DNA of 25,077 nucleotides from a virus. This document shows positions 14,312 through 24,000 of the stretch, piece by piece (the stretch's first letter is position 1; each line of letters starts with the position of its first letter). The notes beneath the pieces are model-generated. The model had not been told where the DNA came from and did not search any database. It saw only the letters and a list, made by a program, of their open reading frames with translations. The stretch covers positions 1 to 25,077 of IMG/VR virus record IMGVR_UViG_3300048861_000143; one strand, written 5' to 3'. Made by a program: the position numbers and the translations under genes.

Positions 14312-15829
14312 TTAGAGGTACTGACCGCCGTTTGTTGTCGTGCCGGCAGCGTTACCTGGGAGGTAGCTGATTCCTGCGCCGCCCGTGGTGAGCACGCCGT
14401 TGGCCTGGACGCTATAGCGCGACCCGGTCGCGGCCCCGGTGAAGACTGTTGATCCGAATGAGGCTACGCCGGTGAGCTGCACGACGGCAAAGGCCGAGGT
14501 GTAGGTCGGGGACGTCATGTTTAGCGTCGCGCCGCTGGCCTGGATCGAGGCTCCGGACGCCGAGAACGCGGCGGGCGAAGTCCCCGTGAACGTGAGCGGC
14601 CCGGTGAGGACGACTCCGCCCCCGCCGACAGCGCCAACCTGAGCGGCTCCGCATGACCCGAAGATGACGTTCCCCACATTGATCCATGAACTGGTGCCAG
14701 CGAGCACGCCATAGCCACTGGTCGCCCCTTGCGACCCAGTCGCGGTGATCTGGAAACCGTTCACTGAAATAGTGGCCCCGGAACCCGCCGAAATCCCATT
14801 GCTGTTGGAAGCGGTGATTTGGCAAGACGACGGTGAGGCGGCGTTGCCAATCAAGTTGATCGGCTTGCTGTGCCCTGGGGGCATCCCCGCGAATGCGGCC
14901 CCCACAGTGTAGGAGCCATTCGCGACCGAGATGGTCGCCTGATAGCCGGACCAGTCGTAGTTCATGTAGACGATGTTGATAGCCGCCTGCAGCGTCTTGA
15001 GCGCAGCGCCGGAAGTCAGGCCGCTGTTCCGGTCGTTGCCGAGGTTGGCATCCACATAGATCGTCAGGTCTGACGTCCGGGGCACACGGACTGGGGCCAT
15101 GTTGGCGTAGGGCAGCGTGCCCTGCACTTCGCTCTCGAGGTGGACCTTAGGAGCGTTGCCTGGTGTGCCGTAATGGTGGCTGCTCGTCAGGTTCGAAAGG
15201 AAGGGTGCGCCGGAATATTGGGCGATGGAAGCTGCGCTGATTGCGGACTGACCGGTCTGCAGCGTGACGACCCACAGGCCGAACCATCCCGTGTCGACCG
15301 CCGGCACCTGCTGAGAGCCGGTGGTGGCTGCGGCGCCAACCTTGACCTGCAGCGAGACCCTCTGGACCCGAGTCGTGTTCTGCGGTGTCCCGGAGTTCCC
15401 GGGCCCCGAGTAGGGCTGCGACGGATTCGCGCTGTTGTAGTAGTTCAGGACGTTCGGGTTTGCATCCGTCTCGGAAAACGACGCCTGAATCAGGAAGCTC
15501 TGACTCTGGCCGGCCGCGGTCGGGGCTGTGAACCCGAACGAAGTGGAAGATGTGTTGATGCCCATCTTGACCAGCAGATCGGTCGTGTCAGACGCGATGC
15601 TGCCGAATGCCGTGGGGTCAAGAGCCTGCAGGCTGATCATCGATCCGGGCTGGATCTGCACCTGCATCGACGCCGGCGCGGTGGGGACGCAGCCGAGGCC
15701 GCGGAAGACGGTCGTCGAGCCGACCAGGGCTTCCATCAGGTAGCCCAACGCGACCATGGTGTTCTGCTGAGGCTTCAGAATATCGGTATCGAGGGGGATG
15801 GCCCCTGCGAAAACGAGTTGGCGGTCCAT
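14312..15829 (-). CDS. Phage tail fibre/spike protein
   Basis: Conserved anchor MDRQ.V..GAIPL.TD.L...YYN..NP.QP.SGP.NSG. Distal IYVD...GND.NSGL....KTLQAAI followed by a Gly/Ser/Thr-rich beta-helix-like region. Confidence 0.75.
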   Translation of the reverse strand: MDRQLVFAGAIPLDTDILKPQQNTMVALGYLMEALVGSTTVFRGLGCVPTAPASMQVQIQPGSMISLQALDPTAFGSIASDTTDLLVKMGINTSSTSFGFTAPTAAGQSQSFLIQASFSETDANPNVLNYYNSANPSQPYSGPGNSGTPQNTTRVQRVSLQVKVGAAATTGSQQVPAVDTGWFGLWVVTLQTGQSAISAASIAQYSGAPFLSNLTSSHHYGTPGNAPKVHLESEVQGTLPYANMAPVRVPRTSDLTIYVDANLGNDRNSGLTSGAALKTLQAAINIVYMNYDWSGYQATISVANGSYTVGAAFAGMPPGHSKPINLIGNAASPSSCQITASNSNGISAGSGATISVNGFQITATGSQGATSGYGVLAGTSSWINVGNVIFGSCGAAQVGAVGGGGVVLTGPLTFTGTSPAAFSASGASIQASGATLNMTSPTYTSAFAVVQLTGVASFGSTVFTGAATGSRYSVQANGVLTTGGAGISYLPGNAAGTTTNGGQYL

Positions 15830-15844
15830 CCGCGCGGCTCCAAG

Positions 15845-15869
15845 AAAAAAGGGCGCCGTGTGGCGCCCT
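15845..15869 (-). terminator. Intrinsic terminator-like hairpin within the late operon
   Basis: AGGGCGCC-4nt-GGCGCCCT stem followed by a U-tract on the minus strand, just before the tail-fibre RBS. Confidence 0.7.
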
Positions 15870-15903
15870 GTGTAAGAACGAGATTGATCAGGCGTCGCCG
15901 TCG

Positions 15904-18900
15904 CTACTTGACGATCTTCACCAGGATCGGGTGCGCAGGCAGGCTGATGTTCACCGACGTGGTGCCGCTGGCGGACTGAACGGCGCTCTGGCCGACGAGC
16001 GGGTCATAGACGGTGATCGAGGTTGGAGCGACGGGGAAGCTCAACCCGACCGTCACGGGAGCTACCGTGATGTCTGCGCCGGTGCTCGTGTTATTGAGCT
16101 GCTGCTCGTTCCAGATGCACAGCCAGAAGCTGCCATCGGACGATTTCTGAAGCAGGGTATGTCCACCGCCCAGGTTGTTGCTGACCGCAGGCATATTGCT
16201 GAGCGTGTAGTTCAGCAAGCCGGGGGAGAAGCTGTTCGCGTTCGAACTGCTGTCGCCGAGGAGCGCGAACAAGTTCTTGATCGCCGTCGCTACTGGGCGC
16301 GGAACGCCGGCGTCGGTGAACAGCCCGTAGATGGAACTCTCGAGCGCATTGTCGTCGATCAGCTCGTAGTAGATGTAGTACGGGCACCCGGCGTTGAATG
16401 CGTCGAAGATTGTCTGGACGGTGTATGCCGCTGCCGTGGCCTGGCTAACGTCATTGTATCCAGAGCCGTTGATCTGGTGCCACCCGAACTCGGTGATCGC
16501 GACCGGCTTGCCTGGGGTCGGCATTTTGGCAAGGTTCATCATCCCACTCAGCGTCGCTGCAGGGGACGCGGCCGGATAGAAGTGCAGGTTGCCGTAAGTC
16601 GCGTAGGCCGCGAGATTTCCGACCGTAGGATAGTTGCCCTGCGTCGGATTGGTGTCCCATCCCTGACCGATAGACAGCTGGATAACTGGAATGCCGTACT
16701 GCTGTCCCCCGTCCCAGATCGTCGGCTGGTAGTTCACCGCGTCCTGGAGCGTCTCGGCGTAACCGAACATCTGGCCGCTGTCGGCTTCCTGGCATCCCTC
16801 AAACGCCACGAGGTATTGGCCCGGCACGGCCCCGGTGCAGTTGAACAATGTGTCAAAATCTGCTGCCGCCGCATTGGGAATGTAGGCGATGAACTGCACG
16901 TTGCACGCCTGGGCCACCTGTGACCAGTACGTCCCAATGTTCGGGCCGGTCGGGCAGTCACGTAAAAGCTTGATGCCGCCGAGATAGTTGATGCAGTTCT
17001 CGATCAAGGCGAGGCCAGCGCCCTGATAGCCTGCATTGTCGATGTGCGTGTTGACCCCGAAGCCATTCAGCATGTCCTGAGAGCGCTTGGCGCGCTCGCC
17101 AGTGGCATCGGTCGGGATTGTGCCGCCGGGACTGCCGCCGCCGGAAGATGCTGCGGTGACCGAGACCGAGATTGAGATTTGGTGAGACGACCCAGTTTGG
17201 TCCGTGAACTTGACGACGATGTTGTCGGACGTAGGAGAGGCCGGCGCCGTGTAAACCAGGTCGGCCGCAGCCGTCTGGCAGGGCCCTAGGGCGTTCGTGT
17301 AGGTGATGCTCTTGGTGTTGCTGCCCGCTACCTGAGCCGATCCAACGGTCGAGGACAGCGTGCCGAAGGAGCATGTCATCACCAGCGTGCACGATCCCGC
17401 GGCTGCGGCAGCCGCCGGATCGGTGATCGTGACGCCGGAGATCGGCAAAATTGTCGAGACAGTAGCCGCTCCGCTAGTCGGTCCCTGCACGACGGGATAG
17501 CTGGCTCCGCTCGTCTGGCTGCCAGCCACAGATCCGGTGCTGGCCACAGGATTCGCGGTCGTAACCCCCGTGACCGTGCTGGATGCCGTGGAGCCGGCGT
17601 TGTTCGTCGCGACGACCTGGAAGTCGTAACTCGTTGCTGCAGTCAGGCCAACGACGGTCTCGGACGAACTTGTCGTCGGCTGGCCGAACGTGATCCAGGT
17701 GCTCTGGCCAGTGACCCGGTATTGCACCACGTACGTCGGACTGCCGCTCGTGGACAGCGTCCATGCAACAACGATCGAGCTGCTGGTCGGCGATGTCGCC
17801 GAGACGCCGGTCGGAGCAGACGGGGCGCTTCCTGCCGATGCCGCGGTGGTAGCCGAGACTGTGGAGGATGCCGTTGATCCGGCCGTGTTCTGTGCCACGA
17901 CCTGCACGTCGTACTGCGTCGCTGGAGACAGCCCGGAGATCGTCAGTGTCGTATTCGCCGTGGGCTGACCTGCGCTGATCCAAGCGCTCTGGCCAGTGGC
18001 CCGGTAATTGACCTGATACGAGATCGGCGTCGTGCCGCTGCTTGACGCGGTCCAGTTTGCGGTCAGCGTCGTGGAAGTCGCCGACCCAACGGTAAGCCCT
18101 GTTGGCGCGGATGGCGTCGCGGCTGGAATGTTCACCGATGTGATTGCCGAAGTCGAACTCCCGGCGCCGTTGCTGGTCACGACCTGAAAGTCGTAGCGCG
18201 TGCCCGGCGTGAGCCCGGTCACGGTGGTGCTTGTCGTCTGGGTGGTCCCGCCCCAGTTCGTCCAGCCGTTCGTCCCGGTGACGCGGTACTGGACCTGGTA
18301 GTTGAGCGGGGGAGAGCCGGTGGCCGGCGCGGTCCAACTCAGCGCGACCGCACCGCCGGCTGGCGTCCCTGCGATGAGGCTCGTAGCTGGGGTCGGAGCG
18401 ATGCCGCCGGTCGAGGAGGTCGTCACCAGGCTCGCCCACGCACCCGCTGACGGCACGTAGACCTCGTAAGTGCCCAGGTCGCTGTTGCCGCGAAGATGGC
18501 CCAGAGCAGGCGCTGAGGGCCGCTGCTGGCTGGGGCCGGTCGGCAGCTGCGCAGCCGAACCCTTCAGGATGACAGGCGCTCCGCTAGCGGCGGTGAGCAC
18601 CAGGGCACCCCCAGCTGATGGGTCGGCCGCTACTCGCGAGGTGCCAGCCGTGTTCAGGGCGATGTCGCCGCCATCGGCCAGCCATACCGTGTGCGCCTCG
18701 GGGACGATCGTGTTGCCGTAGGTGGCATCCGCGACCGTGACGGCCGAGGCGAATGTCAGGACACCGCTGGTCAGGCCGGGGGTGACCGTGACAGCGGTCA
18801 CGCGATAGGCGTTCCCGTTGATCGTCACGTTCTTGGGGTTCGACGCGTTGGTAGCGGCGCCATTCACGCCCGCGCCAGCGAACGGGAGTGCATTGTCCAC

Positions 18901-21024
18901 CGACAGCGTCGTGACAGGGCTGGATGGAGTGCTTGAGGTGATCTTTGCGGTGGACGAGCTGGCCGTCCGAAAATCAAGCACTGAAGTCGAGTACTTGCCG
19001 CCGATCGACACAACCGAATGGGCGAACGCTGTCGGCGTGCTCGGCGCCAGGCAGAGAATGGAGGAGAAATCCGCTGGCTCTCCTCCGCTCCCGAGCGCGA
19101 TGTCCTCGCCGTAGATGATCTTGAGCCCGTAGCGGATCCCAGCGTCGTCCAGGCCGTTTGCAGTGACCGTGGCATGCGCGCCGGTCATTCGGCCGGACTG
19201 AGAGGACGGCAGGCCAGTGTGGTCGGCTGCGGACACTAGCGCGCCATGGATCTCCCCGAGCTGCGCTCCTGCCGGCACGCCACCGCTCGGAGTCGAGCGA
19301 TCAGCCCGCCCTCGGAGGGCAGTGTGTCGCGAGTTCCCGTCCGCGCCGGAGCGAGCCGCCGAAACGCTGACCGCACCATGGAGGCCCGCGAAAGAGCCGG
19401 CGGGGCCGTACCCGGTCCCATCGCCGGGAATGGTGACGGCCATGGCGAGGGCCGAATAGGCCGCTGTCGGACCGTCCCGGTAGATTGCCGTGTAGGAACC
19501 CGACACCATGTCGGAATCAGACGATCCGCCATTGCTGCGGGTGATTGCCAAGGCCGACGTGAGAGGGGCGCCGGCACCGGCCTGGGCGATCGTGATTGGA
19601 CCAACCGCGCCACCCGACTTGTCGAGCTTGGAGTCGAATTCGGCGTCAAGCTCCTCTGCTGTCAGAACGGAGTTGGGGCGAAAGGATGCTGAGGGGGACA
19701 CGGCGGCTCCCGTGGTTGGCGCGAGAATGGTGAGGGTGTTGGAAGCGACCGATCCGGCTGAGTTCGCGGCCAGGACCTGGAATTCGTAGTCTGTGCCTGG
19801 GGTCAGGCCGGTGACCGTTGCTGCGGTCATTGCCGACGGCATTCCATAGCTCTGCCATGTCGCGGTGCCAGCCACGCGGAACTGTGGCTGATAGGCGATC
19901 GGCATGGTGCCGCTGGCGGATGCCGACCACGACAGGCTCACGCTGGTCGGCGTGATGATCCAGGCGACCGGCGCGCCTGGCGCGGACGGCCTAACTACCT
20001 GGCTGAGAGTGGCGGCCGTTTGAGTGGCAGACGGAGTCGATCCGACACCATTTCGGGCTACCACCTGGAAGTCGTACGTCCGGCCGGAGACAAGGCTGGT
20101 GATGGTGACGGACAGGGCCGAGATTGGTTGCCCAAAATCCGACCACGCCGTTGTTCCGCTCGGCCGATACTGCGGCTGATAGAGGATCGGCGTCGTTCCA
20201 GACGAGGCCGACCAGGAGAGAGTCGCGGATGTCGAGGTGATGCCTACGACAGCGAACCCGCCAGGGACGCTCGGCGGCACCGTGATTGCAGGCGTGCTGG
20301 CCGTAAACGTGGTCGATGCGACCGTGCCGCCCGGGCCGGATGCGATGACCTGGAAGTCATAGGTCTGGCCTGGCGTTAGGCCGCTTGCTGTCCCGGATAG
20401 CGCGGAGCTAGCCGGACCGACGTTCGCCCATGCTGCTCCTTGTCCGGAAACCCGGTACTGGAGCTGATAGGTGATTGGCTGGGAGCCGGTAGCGGAGGCA
20501 TTCCAGCCGATCGTCAGGCTCGTCGTTGATGCCGAGAGTACCTGCAGCCCGGTGGGCAAACTCGGTGGCACAGAGAGCGACAAAGTGGTCGCCTGCGCGA
20601 TGCTCGAGATGACGCTCCCAGCCGGATTGATGGCCAGGACCGAGAAATTGCAGGGCGTCCCAGGCTGCAGGCCGGAAATCGTCGCCGAAACAGAGGCCGA
20701 TGGTGACCCCACCGGGGTCCAAGACGTCTGCCCCTGAACCTGATACTGCGCCTGATAGGTGATCGGGCTGGAGCCCGTCGTGGAGGCGGCCCAACTCAGG
20801 ACGGCGGAGGTTGAAGTGACACTGCTGACTGTTACGTTGGTCGGCGCGCTCGGGAGCGTGTAGTTGCCGGTCGTAACAGTGAGGATGTTTGAGGTCGCGG
20901 AACCCGCGCTGTTCGAGGCGACCACATCGAAATCGTAACCCGTCCCGGGCGTCAGCCCAGAGACGGGGAACGACGTCGACGTAGAGGCCGCGCCGACGTT
21001 CTGAAACGTCGTCGTTGCCGCCAT
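15904..21024 (-). CDS. Giant FN3-repeat virion-type protein with C-terminal clan GH-A hydrolase domain
   Basis: One half plus seven full FN3 repeats (W...Y.VQYR...GL.PGT.YDFQV.A.N). Phage fibre motifs VLTA.EL...F..KLDKSGG and LP.G...QRP..P..G.LR.N. Ig/cadherin-like domain. FGVNTH, FEGCQE, NLHFYP, ITEFGW, YEL.DD, YGLF. Confidence 0.85.
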   Translation of the reverse strand: MAATTTFQNVGAASTSTSFPVSGLTPGTGYDFDVVASNSAGSATSNILTVTTGNYTLPSAPTNVTVSSVTSTSAVLSWAASTTGSSPITYQAQYQVQGQTSWTPVGSPSASVSATISGLQPGTPCNFSVLAINPAGSVISSIAQATTLSLSVPPSLPTGLQVLSASTTSLTIGWNASATGSQPITYQLQYRVSGQGAAWANVGPASSALSGTASGLTPGQTYDFQVIASGPGGTVASTTFTASTPAITVPPSVPGGFAVVGITSTSATLSWSASSGTTPILYQPQYRPSGTTAWSDFGQPISALSVTITSLVSGRTYDFQVVARNGVGSTPSATQTAATLSQVVRPSAPGAPVAWIITPTSVSLSWSASASGTMPIAYQPQFRVAGTATWQSYGMPSAMTAATVTGLTPGTDYEFQVLAANSAGSVASNTLTILAPTTGAAVSPSASFRPNSVLTAEELDAEFDSKLDKSGGAVGPITIAQAGAGAPLTSALAITRSNGGSSDSDMVSGSYTAIYRDGPTAAYSALAMAVTIPGDGTGYGPAGSFAGLHGAVSVSAARSGADGNSRHTALRGRADRSTPSGGVPAGAQLGEIHGALVSAADHTGLPSSQSGRMTGAHATVTANGLDDAGIRYGLKIIYGEDIALGSGGEPADFSSILCLAPSTPTAFAHSVVSIGGKYSTSVLDFRTASSSTAKITSSTPSSPVTTLSVDNALPFAGAGVNGAATNASNPKNVTINGNAYRVTAVTVTPGLTSGVLTFASAVTVADATYGNTIVPEAHTVWLADGGDIALNTAGTSRVAADPSAGGALVLTAASGAPVILKGSAAQLPTGPSQQRPSAPALGHLRGNSDLGTYEVYVPSAGAWASLVTTSSTGGIAPTPATSLIAGTPAGGAVALSWTAPATGSPPLNYQVQYRVTGTNGWTNWGGTTQTTSTTVTGLTPGTRYDFQVVTSNGAGSSTSAITSVNIPAATPSAPTGLTVGSATSTTLTANWTASSSGTTPISYQVNYRATGQSAWISAGQPTANTTLTISGLSPATQYDVQVVAQNTAGSTASSTVSATTAASAGSAPSAPTGVSATSPTSSSIVVAWTLSTSGSPTYVVQYRVTGQSTWITFGQPTTSSSETVVGLTAATSYDFQVVATNNAGSTASSTVTGVTTANPVASTGSVAGSQTSGASYPVVQGPTSGAATVSTILPISGVTITDPAAAAAAGSCTLVMTCSFGTLSSTVGSAQVAGSNTKSITYTNALGPCQTAAADLVYTAPASPTSDNIVVKFTDQTGSSHQISISVSVTAASSGGGSPGGTIPTDATGERAKRSQDMLNGFGVNTHIDNAGYQGAGLALIENCINYLGGIKLLRDCPTGPNIGTYWSQVAQACNVQFIAYIPNAAAADFDTLFNCTGAVPGQYLVAFEGCQEADSGQMFGYAETLQDAVNYQPTIWDGGQQYGIPVIQLSIGQGWDTNPTQGNYPTVGNLAAYATYGNLHFYPAASPAATLSGMMNLAKMPTPGKPVAITEFGWHQINGSGYNDVSQATAAAYTVQTIFDAFNAGCPYYIYYELIDDNALESSIYGLFTDAGVPRPVATAIKNLFALLGDSSSNANSFSPGLLNYTLSNMPAVSNNLGGGHTLLQKSSDGSFWLCIWNEQQLNNTSTGADITVAPVTVGLSFPVAPTSITVYDPLVGQSAVQSASGTTSVNISLPAHPILVKIVK

Positions 21025-21047
21025 ATTTTCAGTCCTGGATTGGAGGA

Positions 21048-24000
21048 TTACAGCGTTTGGCTAAACAGCCACTGCCACACAGTTGAGTCGAGGTAGTACG
21101 TGTCCCAGACGTCATGGGACATATCCGACCGCTCAAGGTACTTCATCTTGCCACCGGCATTCGGGTTGAGTGCCGTGTAGCAGGCGCGATCCCAGTCGAG
21201 CGGAACGTTGGTATCCTGCGCGCCGTGGATCGCGTAGATCGGCACCGTCTTCAGAGCGCTGATCACCGAGGCATCGGGAGGCATGCCGTGGTCATAGGTG
21301 GCGCCTGCCATAATCAGAGCCGCGGAGAACAAGCGATCCTGCGTCCCGGCCGGACGGTTGAACTTGATGATGCAGTCCCACGAGCCGATGCCGCCCATGC
21401 TGTTGCCGGTCACGTAGACCTTGCTCACGTAGATCGGATAGGTCGCAATCATCTGCTTGACGAGAGCGATTGCGGCATCCTGTGCGGGCTGATCGCCAGG
21501 GTCTACACCTCCCCAGTTCTGGGAGGCGTCCCCGCCATCTGATCCCTGGTAGCACATCGGAGCGACGACGAAGCACGGGTTTGTCTTGCGCCAGGCTGCG
21601 GTGTTGAACCAGGGGTCGAGCTGCCCTTCCAGGGTATCCCACCCCATCGAGCCCCAGGAGAACTGGTGCATGTAGAGGATGAGCGGATAGCTCTTCGTTG
21701 GGTCGTAGTTGGCCGGAGGCAGCATGCCGTAGGTCACGCCCTGGATGGTCGAGACCTGCCATGTGCCGGGCGTCACGGTTCCGGAGAGAGGCGCCGAGAT
21801 GAGCGGTCCTCCGGTGTTCCCGGTTCCCCCCGAGGAGGTTGTGAGCGGGCTTGTGGTTGTGCCCAGCTGCGGCTGCCATGAGGCAGACGGGCTGGTTTTG
21901 CCATACCAGTAGCCGCTCGAGTTCTCCTGCCACACCGTCCCGCTGACGTAGGCTAGCTCCACCACGTTGGAGGTAGACGTGTCGGCCACGCCATTGACCG
22001 CCACCTGCCCGCCGCTCGTGATCGACCAAACGTTCCCGCTCGCATCCTGGATGACAGATCCCGACCCAGCCATCACCACAGTCCTGTCCGGAGACGGTGT
22101 GGGTGATGGCGAGGGGGTTGGGCTCGGGGTCGGGGACGGAGTGGGTGTTGGGGTCGTTGTGCCGCCGGACACCGGCGCGTTTGTCGGCGTCACATTGTAT
22201 CCGCTTGGATACCAAGCGCCGAAGCTCGACGGCGAAATGTTCACGCCGCCAGTTGGCGAAAGATCCAGGGGCGGCGGCTCGGGGAAGGCCGGATTGCTCG
22301 GCTGGCCGGGCAGCTTGCCCTTCAGCGTATCCAGCGAGTACTGCGCCCCCGGATTGCCCGGCTGGTAGTCGAGATAGCCGATATAGGCAATCGCGGCGCT
22401 GAGCTCGCCCGCAAGCTGTTGGGCGAACGCCAAGGTAGCCTGGGTAAGCGGGTAAGCTTCGAACGATATGCAACCGCTTCCGGCCTGGTTGTAGTAGCAA
22501 CCTCCGAAGCGCTGTAAGACATCCCACCAGAACTTGAACGCCCGATTGCCGACCTTCGAACTCGGGTAGACCGCATTCTGGGGAATGGCGACTGTCAGCC
22601 CCTGGATGATGCTCCCGGAGTTCGGGAACGACGTGTCAATGAGCTGCAGCGGCCATACCGGCTTACCGTTCGGCATCTGGAGGTTGTTCATAGTCCGGTA
22701 GTCGAGCGAGTAGGCGAGCATGTGCTCGCAGACCCAGTTCGGATCAGCCAGCGCCTGCTGGAGCTCCCACTCCTGGATCAGGGCATAAGCATTGCCTGTC
22801 CCAGGCTGGCCTGTGACCTGATCCTCGAAAAGCGGCCCCGAGCCGTCCGAGATATCGAGCAAGTTGCCCTGGATTCTCCAGCCTGGAGCGGAGATGGTGC
22901 TGATCGAGTTGCCGTTCGCATCGGTCATCGACGTGACGCCGATATTCCACATCCGGTATGGATGGGTCAGGTCGTAGCCACCAATTCCAAAGTCGCCGGG
23001 TTGCTCCATTGTGGCCCCGACCGGCAGCGGGACCGAAATCGTTTTATTGCCGTCCGTTACCGTCCCAACAGGGTCGCCCTGCTTTCCCACCCACATGGGC
23101 TGCGCCCAGTTCGGCGCGATGTTCAGGACGCCGCTCGGTGAGCCATTCAGGCCGTTCCGGAGAGCTGTGGCCATCGAGCCCGTCGTTATGATCGAGGCAG
23201 TTTTCTCGATCGGTTTGACCAAAAACGAGCCGTTCTGACTAGGATTCCGATACCAAATTCTGGTCGCCCCCGTGGGTGACGGTGTTGGTGTTGGCGTCGG
23301 CGCTGGGGTCGGGCTCGGAGTGGGGCTCGGCGTCGGCGACGGAGTGGGGGTCGGGGTCGTCGTGCCACCGGGGCGCGTATCGTACGTGTTGATGTAGTTG
23401 ATCCGCGCGTAACCAGGGAGTTGCGCTGGATTTGGATCACCTCCGATGTTTACGTAATCCGACCCGGTCAGCAGATACAGAAACGCCTTGGTGCCATAAT
23501 TCCCGTTGGGGGGCAGCGGCGTGACGCGATAGACCTGTGATCCGTCGATGTAGAACGTGATCCCACTCGACTGCCAGTCAATCCCATATACGTGGGTCTG
23601 CCGGGCGTCAAAGCCCTGAGCTGAGGATGTCGTCCAGATGAAATTGTTTGTGTTGGACGTGTCCCTCGCAACCTGGAACAGGACGGTCTGGACGCCAGTA
23701 TTGTCCGTGGAGATCCTGAGGTCGATTTCTGGGGGCCACGTTTGGATCAGCGGATATGACTCCAGGTCCATCTGGAAGGCGAACCCGTTGATCCGGTCGA
23801 CGGCGACGCTGATTTCGTAATACCCGTAGGTATTGAAATCGGTGTTGCCAGTGTTCAGCAGCGCTCCAGTAAATGGCATATGCGCGCCGGCCTGGCCGTC
23901 GATGTAGCTTTGGTAGTCTGCGGGCGTCGGGATCAGACCCAGCAACAGCTGGTTGCTCTGGATCTGGTAGACGCCACTGATCGGCGTGGAGGGGTTGTAC

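Noticed and set aside
7865-21420. DGR template/variable repeat pair
   Set aside because: No reverse transcriptase in the window; the similarity reflects paralogous domains, not adenine-specific differences.
23272-23363. Pro/Thr repeats as phase-variable microsatellites
   Set aside because: Synonymous codons vary and the units are multiples of 3; ordinary linkers.
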